From the IMG/VR virus record IMGVR_UViG_3300028591_008352, positions 13,106 through 77,105 of that record: 64,000 bases of DNA; one strand, given 5' to 3'. The position numbers were made by a program, and so were the translations under genes. Below, one piece after another: positions 47,142 to 57,310 of the stretch; positions within the stretch are counted from its first letter, which is position 1; the number at the start of each line of letters is the position of its first letter. The notes beneath the pieces were generated by a model that was not told where the DNA came from, searched no databases, and worked only from the letters and a program-made list of their open reading frames with translations. This DNA is from a virus (taxonomy: Duplodnaviria; Caudoviricetes).

Positions 47142-48640
47142 TGTATATCCTCCTTTCCTTTTGTTTTTGTAGGCATTTTCAGTTCTCTAAGTGCAGCCAC
47201 CTTCCCAGCAAGTCCAACCAATGTGGAGTTGGCAGGTATACTATCCGTAGCCAGCCTTACATATATTCTGTATCGGGGGGTGGTATCATCAGGTATTTGC
47301 GTGGCATAGCTTAAAGAATGCTTCGTGCCATGATAGACCTTCACAGAATCGTTATGGAAGAACTCACCAGAGGCAACAGTGATGCTGTCATCTGGGATAA
47401 AGCGTTCTTCATTGTAATTGATAAAGGGATTCCCATACATGGAGATACGGACATCGGCAATGGTCTTTCCATCTATCAATTCCGTTACCGTAATCTGACC
47501 CTTATCGTCATACTCACTGCCATTCCACTTGAAATGGTTTTCAAGAATCTCTCTTATCCCATGCTGCAGGTCTGGACAGATGTCTGGCTCGTGGGTAAAC
47601 GTGTTGTTGACCACCTCGTAGTAACGGCAGTAACCGTCCTTTTGCAGTTCATAGATGTATGGCCATCCATTGGGAAATCTGTCACTCTCACAAATACGCT
47701 CATAGACAGGTTCGACAAGCAAGCCATAGCGGTCACGCAAGCCATAAAGCTCACGTGTACTATCGGTCAGGTAGAGAATACCGTGGAATGGTTCCATATA
47801 GTAGAAACCGCTCCTGGCATAGTTGATACAGGCATATTGGTTATAACCTATTGAGAACGACGGAAGCAGCATGCCCAGATAAAGAACCATCGTGTTTACC
47901 AACAGATTGTCCTTGATATGATGATACAACCTCGTACAGACGTAGATGACCAACCCGAAACTGACAAGCAACATACTCACTCGCCACACACCACCTACTA
48001 TCTGTGCGTACCAGAAGATGGTCATACTAACGACCAGCACCCATACCTTCTCGGCATTCACTTTATGATAGTGGCAAAGCAGCCAGTAAGTGAGTGGTGC
48101 AGCTGACATGCACAGGATCTGGCAGAGACGAGCGTTCATGGCAAGTCCTGTCAGGAAAGTAACCAAAAGTATCATCAATATGGCAGAACAAGTTCTTTCC
48201 AAGCGTCCATGCCACAGGATGCCACCTATCAAATCTTTCCAGGTCAGTTCAGTGCGTACCAGTTTCTTCTTGAACAGCAATACTGCATACCAGATATAGG
48301 GTATCACGAATAACCAAAGCATGAGGAATGCCCCCAAGGCGTACTTCAATGCTACATTATATTCCAATCCTGTCAGGTCAGACACACGGCAGATAATATC
48401 ACCTACACCGTTATAAACCCCAATATAAACGGACATGACTATCAACGGCACAAAGATGAGCAGCGGCAGCCAAGCACGTTTTTCTTTGTGAGCTAAAGAG
48501 AATGAGATAACCAAACGGTATAAGACCTCTAACACGATGAAGGGAAGGGCTGTGTAAGCCCAACTGCCCCTCCCTCCGAACATACTCAGCATCCACAAGG
48601 CGCAAATAGCCAAGTCAAAGAAAAACAATTTCGATTTCAT
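47138..48640 (-). CDS. Polytopic membrane protein with soluble C-terminal domain
   Basis: Many hydrophobic segments in the first 270 aa; stop overlaps next start. Confidence 0.8.
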   Translation of the reverse strand: MKSKLFFFDLAICALWMLSMFGGRGSWAYTALPFIVLEVLYRLVISFSLAHKEKRAWLPLLIFVPLIVMSVYIGVYNGVGDIICRVSDLTGLEYNVALKYALGAFLMLWLFVIPYIWYAVLLFKKKLVRTELTWKDLIGGILWHGRLERTCSAILMILLVTFLTGLAMNARLCQILCMSAAPLTYWLLCHYHKVNAEKVWVLVVSMTIFWYAQIVGGVWRVSMLLVSFGLVIYVCTRLYHHIKDNLLVNTMVLYLGMLLPSFSIGYNQYACINYARSGFYYMEPFHGILYLTDSTRELYGLRDRYGLLVEPVYERICESDRFPNGWPYIYELQKDGYCRYYEVVNNTFTHEPDICPDLQHGIREILENHFKWNGSEYDDKGQITVTELIDGKTIADVRISMYGNPFINYNEERFIPDDSITVASGEFFHNDSVKVYHGTKHSLSYATQIPDDTTPRYRIYVRLATDSIPANSTLVGLAGKVAALRELKMPTKTKGKEDIQ

Positions 48641-48651
48641 GATGACCTCCT

Positions 48652-49374
48652 TCAGGACTTGCTCTCTTCTTCATCGAATGCTTCGTCTGCCATCGCCATA
48701 TAACAGGCACGGCGTTCCCTTGCGGGCATCTCACAACAGTCCACATCTTCCTTGAAATGTGCCAGGCGTGAGAAGAAGTTCATACGGGTACTGGTGTCCT
48801 TCGCCATCCCTGCCATCGTACCATGAGCAGAATAGTCGAAGTTACGGGCATTGCGGATGGAGAGGTTGAAGGCCACCTCCACGGAGTCCTGGTTGGCTCC
48901 CATATAGGTGAATGTCCATCCTTCGCCCTTCAGTTGCTCAACGAGTTGCTTGACGGCAGCACCTGTATATTCCTTGGAGGCATTCTCCAGTCCGTCGGTG
49001 ATAATGGTGACGACAACCACGGCATCCTCGATGTCCTTCACATGGTTACGCATTGAGGTCAGTGTGAAGCCCATTGCATCATACAGCGGTGTGCAGCAGC
49101 AAGGCTGATAGTCATTCATTGTCAGGGGACGCGCTTCACCGACAGGCACCTTGTCAAAGACATACTTCTTCTCACAATCGCAGAAGGTGAGCAGTGACAC
49201 AAAGTGTTCCTGTGTATCTGCAAACTTCTCTTGTGCTTTCTTGATGCCGTTCAAGGTCTCGTTGAATCCGCTAACAGCAGCCTGACGGATGCACTCCATC
49301 GATCCGCTTTTATCGAGGATAATCACATTGAATACCTTTGTCCTTGTCTGCTTGGTTTCGTTTTTCTGTTCCAT
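48652..49374 (-). CDS. vWA domain protein
   Basis: MIDAS DKSGS, TPLYDA, ITDG. Confidence 0.9.
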   Translation of the reverse strand: MEQKNETKQTRTKVFNVIILDKSGSMECIRQAAVSGFNETLNGIKKAQEKFADTQEHFVSLLTFCDCEKKYVFDKVPVGEARPLTMNDYQPCCCTPLYDAMGFTLTSMRNHVKDIEDAVVVVTIITDGLENASKEYTGAAVKQLVEQLKGEGWTFTYMGANQDSVEVAFNLSIRNARNFDYSAHGTMAGMAKDTSTRMNFFSRLAHFKEDVDCCEMPARERRACYMAMADEAFDEEESKS

Positions 49375-49409
49375 TGTTCTTTCGCTTTTAATGATTTGAC
49401 TTTGATTGT

Positions 49410-51167
49410 TTATCCCACTGCTACCGTATCGACCACTTCCACGACATCTTCAGACTCTTCAAATTCACGCACCAACATGGAACGTAGGTCGTATGAATCT
49501 ACTAACACGTCAATGGTCTTAGCCATGATGTTACCACACATAGAACCTGCACTGGCTGGGACTCCATATTTCTCCAATACAACCATGATGGTGTACATCG
49601 GATTGTCGGCAGGGAAATAGCCGCACAACTCCATGCGGCGGTTGTTACCCTTGGTATAGAAGGTACGCCCACAAGCGGCAACAGATGTGTAACTGCGTCC
49701 TGCCTTACGGAACAATCCGCGTTTTACGGCGTGTTCCAGACCCTTCTGTAATGTAGCGATATGTGCAGACTCTGCTATTTGCTCATTGAGCACAACAACA
49801 TTATCTCCTTCTGCCTGTAACTTCACCATACGTCCGCCATTGGCTACAGCGTTGTAGAAGGTGAGCATTCCCATTGCGTTGTCTGGCATACTAGCAAGGT
49901 ACTCGGAGATTTTGTTGTCGAGCAGTACTGTCTGATTACCATACACCCTTTCCTTTGCCTTGGTGAAGGCGACCTGAGAGCGATAGCCCAAAGCCTGTTC
50001 CAATGTCAGATGTCCATAACCGCCTCGGCTCCAGTTGTGGTCTTTCACATTCTTGTAGATGCCAAATTCTGTGTCAATGACATCATCCGAAGAAATCTTA
50101 CCAGTGGAGAGCAATGCCAGATAGGTCGGGCCAGTCATCATTACACTCTGCTCTTCATTGTATGTGTCTTCGTATGGAACGAACTGTTTGCCTTTGCTTG
50201 ACAATGATACTTGTGCCTTGATAGCACCTGTTGCTGTCTCCACGACATAGACCATACCTTTGGTACAGTTCCGCTCTGTCATCGCTTCCTGTAGGATGGT
50301 ACTAACGGACGCCTCCAATGCTTCATCCCTATTACTTGTCGGTTCCAGGTTATCTACAGGTGTTTCTCCTGCAAGAATCTGTAACCGCTGAATATCTCTT
50401 TCGGACAAAGACAAGTTTGCACCGCTCCTATGGTAGCCCAGTAACCATCTGGCTCCTCGCTTGCCTAAACAAGCTTTCTCGTCTGCCTTTAGGTAGTAAT
50501 AGGCCGCAAGTTGATCATTCTGAAGATTTTCATCATCATATCCTGCGTACATCTTGGCAAGAATAGCATTAACAAAAGGAATCTTGTCAGAAAGAGCCGT
50601 AAGTTTGTCCACATCAGGGTTGGTGGCACCTCGCCAGTCCGGGACACACTGAAGCAGTTCGGCAAATGTGCTGCCAGCGGTGGTTGCCTGTTCAATCAGA
50701 CGTATTCCATCCAACGTGTCGCCACGTTCCATTGTGATGATGCCCTGTATGGCAAATCCATCAGGACAGCCTTTGGCGATAAGCTCTTCAAACATGAAAG
50801 TGGCTTCATCCACGTTCTTCTTCTCGTAGTTATCCACGGCATCGAAGATGAGCTTGAAATCGGAACCTTCCGGCAATGTCTTCAAATAATCTTCCATATT
50901 GGAGATGCCTCCGTATTCATCGGCTTGGGCAAGCATCGTCAGCATTCCGACGAAATCTTGTTTCACGCCCTTGCCGTCACGGTAGCAGTCGGCAAGTTTC
51001 ACGAATGCCTGACCATCTCCCCAACGGGCTTTCTCAATGAGAGTGTTTAATTCGTTAGTTGATGACAACTCGGTTGGATTACCTACCGACTCATCTAAAA
51101 ACTGGCTGTCTGTACAGCTGACCGTTGCCAGCACTACCGCCATGACTGCAAACAGATACTTTTTCAT
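49410..51167 (-). CDS. Lipoprotein with Sel1-like repeats and degenerate PBP transpeptidase-like domain
   Basis: Lipobox TVSC; LADCYRDGKGVKQD; VYVVETATGAIKA and MLTFYNAVANGG, but no SxxK or KTG. Confidence 0.75.
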   Translation of the reverse strand: MKKYLFAVMAVVLATVSCTDSQFLDESVGNPTELSSTNELNTLIEKARWGDGQAFVKLADCYRDGKGVKQDFVGMLTMLAQADEYGGISNMEDYLKTLPEGSDFKLIFDAVDNYEKKNVDEATFMFEELIAKGCPDGFAIQGIITMERGDTLDGIRLIEQATTAGSTFAELLQCVPDWRGATNPDVDKLTALSDKIPFVNAILAKMYAGYDDENLQNDQLAAYYYLKADEKACLGKRGARWLLGYHRSGANLSLSERDIQRLQILAGETPVDNLEPTSNRDEALEASVSTILQEAMTERNCTKGMVYVVETATGAIKAQVSLSSKGKQFVPYEDTYNEEQSVMMTGPTYLALLSTGKISSDDVIDTEFGIYKNVKDHNWSRGGYGHLTLEQALGYRSQVAFTKAKERVYGNQTVLLDNKISEYLASMPDNAMGMLTFYNAVANGGRMVKLQAEGDNVVVLNEQIAESAHIATLQKGLEHAVKRGLFRKAGRSYTSVAACGRTFYTKGNNRRMELCGYFPADNPMYTIMVVLEKYGVPASAGSMCGNIMAKTIDVLVDSYDLRSMLVREFEESEDVVEVVDTVAVG

Positions 51168-51202
51168 GTCTTTGTACTTTTATTGTTTCAACTTTTTACT
51201 TC

Positions 51203-51694
51203 CTATTCATCGGCCAGTTCTGCCATGTTGTTTCTGAAGACGGTCCTTATTACGCCCAGCATCTGGAGGGAGTTGCGAAGGTTTTGCTCCAACGATTCTT
51301 CATTGGCATAGTAGAACTCACAGGTTGCTGTGACATTCTTGAAGGTCTGGTCAATATAGACTTTTGCCAACTTCAACTCGCGTGTCATCTTGTTACAGAC
51401 GGCAAGCACAAGTGTTTCCTGGCCTTCCTCAACCTCATGAAACTGGGGGAGCATCATGGAGATATAGGGCTCTTCCTCATCACCTGTCAGCACATAGATA
51501 GTCTTCATCTGGTAATGGAGCATGATGTCACCGTCGTTATCTACTTCCGGACTGTAACCCATCTTTTCGAGGGTCTTCAGAATCAGTTCTTTCTTGTTCA
51601 TATTGTTGTTTCCTTCTTGCTGAGTTTCATTGTCATTTGCAAATGCCTTCTTCACTTTGTCGAGGAATGACTTAATCAAATCTTTCTTCGCCAT
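51203..51694 (-). CDS. YbjN-like (T3SS-chaperone fold) protein
   Basis: LEKMGYSPEVDNDGDI...CNKMTRELKLAKVY. Confidence 0.65.
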   Translation of the reverse strand: MAKKDLIKSFLDKVKKAFANDNETQQEGNNNMNKKELILKTLEKMGYSPEVDNDGDIMLHYQMKTIYVLTGDEEEPYISMMLPQFHEVEEGQETLVLAVCNKMTRELKLAKVYIDQTFKNVTATCEFYYANEESLEQNLRNSLQMLGVIRTVFRNNMAELADE

Positions 51695-51717
51695 AGTTGC
51701 TCCCCCTGTCTTTTTGG

Positions 51718-52167
51718 TTAAGCAACATCCTCCTTGCCATCAGAGTCGGCATCATTGTCTGTATCTTCTGATGCGCTGTCACTGTCCTCTTCCGAACTTG
51801 CCATTGCCCTGCGAAGGAACATGAGACCGGCCTCCAGATGGAGTATCATGCGTGAGAGAAGCTGTTTTAGGTCTTCGCCACCGAACAGCTCTCGTTCATA
51901 GAACAGCCACATGCTGTCATTGAGCTTGTTGGCCTTGACATACTTCAGGGTGCCGTTAATCTTGTCCATCACCTGATAGAAGCCCACGTTGTTCTCATCG
52001 TCAATGTCAAGCACGGCAGGTAGAGCAAGATTCAGGAAATCCTCGTCATCTTCGTTGTACATGTAGAGGAAGTGCTTACCTTCATATTCAAAGCCATATC
52101 CGAAACCTTCCAGTTCTTCCATCTCAAAGCCCAGTGCCTTGAATGCGTCTAAAATCTTTTCTTTCAT
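51718..52167 (-). CDS. YbjN-like protein, tandem paralog
   Basis: Similar size and pattern (FKALGF...INGTLKYVKA). Confidence 0.6.
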   Translation of the reverse strand: MKEKILDAFKALGFEMEELEGFGYGFEYEGKHFLYMYNEDDEDFLNLALPAVLDIDDENNVGFYQVMDKINGTLKYVKANKLNDSMWLFYERELFGGEDLKQLLSRMILHLEAGLMFLRRAMASSEEDSDSASEDTDNDADSDGKEDVA

Positions 52168-52205
52168 AGTCGTATCGTTTTTTATTGTTTATACTCTGTT
52201 CATTA

Positions 52206-53195
52206 TCATATATGGAAGCCAATCGTAGCTTGTTTGCATCCCTCATCCTTGGGAGAGAACTCGCTGCGGACTCGTTCAAACTCCCTCAGCTCACGGCTGC
52301 TGACCGAGGGTGACTTGTGGGATATGGAGTCCTCTAACAGAGTTTGTGTAATGACCTTATAGGGTTTGTCCTTCTCCCTGATGCTGGCATTGAACATCTT
52401 GCGTGAGGCTACTTTGATGATGTAGCTGATGTCGCTGCAATTATAGCCCTTGGTCAAGTCTGCCAGACGCTCAAAGTCAATGCCTCCGTCAACGGGAAGT
52501 TTGGAGAGGGCGAGACGGAAAAGGCTTTCCCGTGCCTTGCTGTCTGGCATATCCACGTATATCAGTTCGTCGATGCGTCCAGTTCTCAGCACGGCCTTGT
52601 CGATGCGCTCAGGATGGTTGGTTGCAGCAAGAACATAGATGCTCTTTTCAGCGGCGTTATTCAGCATACACAGGAACTCGTTGGTCTCTCCGTTCTGATA
52701 GTTGCGGTCATCATTGGTGCGCTGGGGCACCATCGCATCGAACTCGTCGAAGAAGATGAGAGTTGGAGCCTTGCGCTCTGCCTTGCGGAATACCTCGCCA
52801 ATTTTCTCCTGTGTTCCATGCACGAGGGTTGAAGCGAGGTCGTCGGGTACGACCTTGATGAAGTTGATACCGACCTCTTCGGCTATCTTCTCGGCAAAGT
52901 AGGTCTTACCACATCCGGCAGGGCCGTAAAACAACAAACTTGGCGGTGTGATACCGAAGGCCTTGGCACACTCCTGGTTGTTCAGGACATTGATGAATCC
53001 CTCCTTCACCATCTGCTTCAGTTCGTCCATACCAGCCACATCTGCAAATCCGTGGCAGCCATTCTTTTTAGGCTCCTTGTTGGGAGGCAAGGCTTCGGTA
53101 GCCCTTTGGGGAACTTTCACGTCCTCCTTTGCTGTAGTCAGGCCGGTGGTCAGCTTGCGGAGCCATTCCTTTTCTGCGTTTGTCTTTACGTTCAT
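52206..53195 (-). CDS. Single-domain classical AAA ATPase
   Basis: FADVAGM, GPAGCGKT, FFDEFD, ATNHP..ID.AVLRTGRID. Confidence 0.93.
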   Translation of the reverse strand: MNVKTNAEKEWLRKLTTGLTTAKEDVKVPQRATEALPPNKEPKKNGCHGFADVAGMDELKQMVKEGFINVLNNQECAKAFGITPPSLLFYGPAGCGKTYFAEKIAEEVGINFIKVVPDDLASTLVHGTQEKIGEVFRKAERKAPTLIFFDEFDAMVPQRTNDDRNYQNGETNEFLCMLNNAAEKSIYVLAATNHPERIDKAVLRTGRIDELIYVDMPDSKARESLFRLALSKLPVDGGIDFERLADLTKGYNCSDISYIIKVASRKMFNASIREKDKPYKVITQTLLEDSISHKSPSVSSRELREFERVRSEFSPKDEGCKQATIGFHI

Positions 53196-53272
53196 ATCGA
53201 ACTCCTTGTTTATCTGTTCATGGTTAGAGAGTACCACAAGTAACTATTTTCTATCTTAAAATAAGAACTTTT

Positions 53273-54591
53273 TCATCTGTTCAACCCTACGCACCATTTG
53301 CCGCGTGTTGTTAGGCAGTGTTTAATCCGACTATAGGGTATCGTGAAGTGGAATGTACCTGCTGCAAAACAACTAATGGCGTATGGCTGGAAGGAGAACA
53401 CTATTCCGTCCTCAGAGAGTCCTGGAGTTGGAAGGGTGAAACCTCCAGTTTCATTTCCATCTTCATCTTGATTGGTTACATAATCCATGATGTTTGGCTC
53501 CCATTCCTTGTATTGTTGCGTTTTCTTTGCTTCATCAAGCAAGATGGACAAGACATCGCTCATACGCTCTGGCTTGAAGAGGTAATCACAATCAATCTCC
53601 TGTTGATGAACATGATCGTATGAAACCAAACGCTCTGTGTAGAAGCCATGTGCTCCTCCATTGTAGTCATGGGTATATTCTTGGTATGTCACATATCGAC
53701 TGTTGTGCACAATAGCTTGCAGATTCAGATCAGAAAACAATGCTGCCGGATAGTCTTCGTCATTCGTGCCGTATTCTCCTTTCTTAATTGCGAAGTATAT
53801 GTTCGCTACAAATCTGGCAATCTGTCTGTTGTCGTTGATATTGCCTCTGTATGTCCAGCCACCATAGGAGCGTTTTGAGTAGTCGATGTATATCGATGTG
53901 ACAGCAGGAACGTCAGCATCCAACGACTGTGAGCGTTCCACAAGTTTAATCAGCCATTTCCTGATACCGTTTGAATTGGGGACAGAAGTCTCTGGAAAAT
54001 CTGTGGCAAAGCTATGTAGAACGGTGCGACCAAAGCCAGCGATGGTATCTTTCCTAAACCTTGTGAACGATGCAAAGTTCCAGTTAAAGACTTTAGTCTT
54101 TCCAAAGTTTTTTTGTCAGAGAAATCAACCAAGACCCTTTTAGCTGCATTGCTAACATAGAATTTTGTATCACATCCAGAGGCAAATGAATCGATCCGTA
54201 ATACCGGGGCTGTAAGCAGCACCTTATTCTTATTGAACAAGACGTTACTACGGCAATAGGTTTCATAGCCCCAATAATAAGCCGTTCCATTAACTACGCA
54301 AACGGTATCTGCCCACCAGTCAGCATAGTCTAATAAATGGTTGACGAAAGCTGGAATGGGTACAGGTACATACGACGAGACATATTCTGTGTCATCGTTG
54401 GATTCCGCATCACTTTCATCATCTGCTTCATCTTCGCCCATATCTGCGATGTACGAATACAGATTCTCGGATACGTTTTCCTCATTCCCCGTGTCAAGAT
54501 CGGAGGCGAAACAGTCCTGAAGACTTGTAGCACAGACACCAACAATCAGAAGCAGCATCAATATTGCTGGTAACAATCTCATTCCTTTCAT
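53273..54591 (-). pseudogene. DUF3298/RsiV-like exported protein split by a one-base frameshift at an A7 tract
   Basis: ORFs 53950-54591 and 53273-53941 join in one frame if one A is added at the T-run 54108-54114; C-terminal GIVFSFQPYAISCFAAG..FTIPY. Confidence 0.75.
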
Positions 54592-54604
54592 AGACAGATT
54601 CTGA

Positions 54605-56482
54605 TTACCTGTTATGGTTAACTCGCTTTACTTCTTCCACCCCATTGATGGCTGCTATGTGTGATATGATGGTCTGCAACTCTCCAAACGAATGAACGGA
54701 GAAGGTGATGGTGCAGTTCACGATGCAGTCTACGGTGTTCGTGCTGAGTGAACAGATGGAGAGGTTCAGCTCATTAGTGATGCTGTCGATCATATCGCTT
54801 AACAGATGAAAGCGGTCAACTGCGAGAATCTGGATGCAGACGGGATAGAGCATGGAAGGGCTTTCCTTGTAGTCCACGGACACAATTGAGTCGCCCTGCT
54901 GTGATGCCAGTCCGATGGCGATGGGACAATTGCGCTTATGAACGGTAATCGTGCCGTCAGCCTCCTTGAAGCCAATGACTTCCTCACCAGGAATGGGATG
55001 ACAGTTGGGGCAGAAATGGTATTTCGGCTTTTCCTGCTTGGCGAAGTACCGCTTCAGGAAGCCTTTGGCCTTGTAGGTCAGGACGTGTTCCGTCCAGTCC
55101 TGCATGGGATGGATGTCGGGATTAGTGACAATCTCCACGATGTCGCCACGATGCAGTTCCGTCTTGACGGATGCCAACTGTCCGTTGATGCGGGCATAGT
55201 GAGCATGTTCACCGATATTGCTGTGAATCTCGAAGGCGAAGTCCAAGGCCGTAGCGCGCTTGGGCAGGTTGACAGGCATCCCCTTAGGGGTGAAGACCAG
55301 GATGTCGTCGTTATAGAACGTCGTGACCACATTTTCGATGAAGTCTCCCTCCTTCTGATGGAACTCCATGTCCTTCAACACCGTGCGAAACTTATCAATC
55401 CAACGACGCACGTTGTCCTCGCTACGCTCTGCCACAACGCCAAGCTGGGAGGCACGAACCATACGCTCGCTGCTGATATGTACCTCCTCCCAACAACCGA
55501 AGTCTGATAGGAGCTGCACATGGAACGACTGATAGCCATTCTCCTTCGGGGAGTCGATGTAGTTGATGATGCCACAGGGCTTCTCCTTGAAGGCATTGGT
55601 CAGACGTGCGTAGATGTGCAGGGGCATGTCTTTCTCCTGCTGCTCATTGTCACAGGCATATTTGACCTCCACAAAATGCCGGAAAGGGATGTGGCAGAAG
55701 TCATCGCCCGACTTGCGCATCTTGCGCCAGATGCTGTAAGGAGCGCGGTAGATGACCTTGCCCTCTACGTTGATGCCGTTTGCGGCCAGCACCTCACGGA
55801 TCTTTGAAGTGAAAGCATTCAGACGCTCCTGCTGATTCTCCTTGTCCTGCTGAATCAGTCCGACAATGTACTCGTACTCATGTGGACAGCGGTACCGAAA
55901 ACTCAGATTTTCCAGTTCAATCTTCACATTGTACAGTCCGAGACGGTTTGCCAATGGAGCATAGAAGAAATCGGTCTCTCCAGCAATCTTCATCTGCTTG
56001 TCAGGGCGCATGCTGTTCAGTGTGCGCATGTTGTGCAGACGGTCGGCAAGCTTTACCAGCAGCGCACGGATATCGTAGTGGATGGAGTTGAGCATCTGCT
56101 TGTAGTTGTCCACCTGCTTGGAGATTTCGTAGTGGTCGGTGCTCTTCTTGGTTACGACGTTGACCAGGAAAGCCACATCGTCACCGAAACGCTGACGGAT
56201 GTCATCGATGGTGTAGGCGGTGTCCTCCACAACATCGTGCAGGAAAGCGGCAATGACAGGGTTGGCACCCAGTTTCAGTTCCTCAGCCACGATGGTAGCC
56301 ACAGCAATGGGATGGATGATATAAGGCTCACCAGACTTGCGCTTCTGCTCTGCATGAGCCTCGCGAGCCAGTTCAAAGGCAGCACGAATTCTTGTCATAT
56401 CCTCAGCGGACACTCTCTTTTCCATTTCCATGAAGACAACCTGTGCCTTCTTCTGGATCATCTTGTCGTAATTCTGCATCAT
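54605..56482 (-). CDS. Long RelA/SpoT homologue with intact HD hydrolase and degenerate synthetase (TGS, ZFD, ACT)
   Basis: RKSGEPY, HDVVED, KLADRLHNMRT intact; synthetase motifs altered (IPFRHF, IINYI, EVHISS). Confidence 0.88.
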   Translation of the reverse strand: MMQNYDKMIQKKAQVVFMEMEKRVSAEDMTRIRAAFELAREAHAEQKRKSGEPYIIHPIAVATIVAEELKLGANPVIAAFLHDVVEDTAYTIDDIRQRFGDDVAFLVNVVTKKSTDHYEISKQVDNYKQMLNSIHYDIRALLVKLADRLHNMRTLNSMRPDKQMKIAGETDFFYAPLANRLGLYNVKIELENLSFRYRCPHEYEYIVGLIQQDKENQQERLNAFTSKIREVLAANGINVEGKVIYRAPYSIWRKMRKSGDDFCHIPFRHFVEVKYACDNEQQEKDMPLHIYARLTNAFKEKPCGIINYIDSPKENGYQSFHVQLLSDFGCWEEVHISSERMVRASQLGVVAERSEDNVRRWIDKFRTVLKDMEFHQKEGDFIENVVTTFYNDDILVFTPKGMPVNLPKRATALDFAFEIHSNIGEHAHYARINGQLASVKTELHRGDIVEIVTNPDIHPMQDWTEHVLTYKAKGFLKRYFAKQEKPKYHFCPNCHPIPGEEVIGFKEADGTITVHKRNCPIAIGLASQQGDSIVSVDYKESPSMLYPVCIQILAVDRFHLLSDMIDSITNELNLSICSLSTNTVDCIVNCTITFSVHSFGELQTIISHIAAINGVEEVKRVNHNR

Positions 56483-56578
56483 AACCTTACATCTTTTGAG
56501 TCGTTATACTTCTTTTGCTTATCTGTATATGCGTAGAGAGTGGCCAAAGTAACCGTTTCCTATCAGCAAAAATGAAAA

Positions 56579-56608
56579 TTGCCTCCCAAATACTATTGAG
56601 AGGCAACT
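56579..56608 (-). terminator. Terminator after PP2C gene
   Basis: TTGCCTC...GAGGCAA stem followed on the minus strand by T-rich sequence. Confidence 0.6.
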
Positions 56609-56633
56609 TCTTCTATGGTATGACAAGACTCCG

Positions 56634-57302
56634 CTACTCCATCTCAATAATAATGGCTGTATAGTTATCACCTGCTTTTTCCTCACAGATAGCACGATAT
56701 TTCTCCGCTACCTGCTCCACGTCCTTGGCGCATTGCAAGGTGTGCAGCAGTGTTGTATCGTCAATAGCATTATACAATCCGTCCGAGCAAAGGAGGATGC
56801 GGTCAAGCGGCTGAAGTTCCACTGTCTTAACATCTGGGACGGCATCTTCTGGATGACGGGTGAAGAATGCCCTGTTTATGTAGGGCAAACTGATTGAACT
56901 TGACTCGATGTGATCAATGGTTCGATACTTGACATTGCCCTTGATGTCAATGACATAGCAGCGACTGTCACCAGCATGAGCAATGGTTGCTTTCTTCCCT
57001 TCGATGCTGCACATGACGAGGGTGGTTCCCATCTGGTAATAGCCAGATTTCTCGTCCAATGTCTTGCTCGCAACCTTTGCCGCATCCTGTACCTTCTGTT
57101 CAGAGTCGGACTCATCTGAGTGCTGCTGCCAGTACTCCGAGAAAGCATCACAGACTGTTTGGCTGGCAACTTCACCGCAGGAGTGGCCACCCATACCGTC
57201 ACAGACTACAAACAAGGTTCGCTTGTCTGCAATTTCAACGATATTGAGACTGTCCTCGTTGTTCATCCGAGGCCCTTTTTCTGTAAATTGAATAAACTTC
57301 AT
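56634..57302 (-). CDS. PP2C-family Ser/Thr phosphatase
   Basis: NEDS, VCDGMGGH..GEVAS, HAGDSRCY, LCSDGL, DNYT. Confidence 0.95.
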   Translation of the reverse strand: MKFIQFTEKGPRMNNEDSLNIVEIADKRTLFVVCDGMGGHSCGEVASQTVCDAFSEYWQQHSDESDSEQKVQDAAKVASKTLDEKSGYYQMGTTLVMCSIEGKKATIAHAGDSRCYVIDIKGNVKYRTIDHIESSSISLPYINRAFFTRHPEDAVPDVKTVELQPLDRILLCSDGLYNAIDDTTLLHTLQCAKDVEQVAEKYRAICEEKAGDNYTAIIIEME

Positions 57303-57310
57303 ACTCGTTA

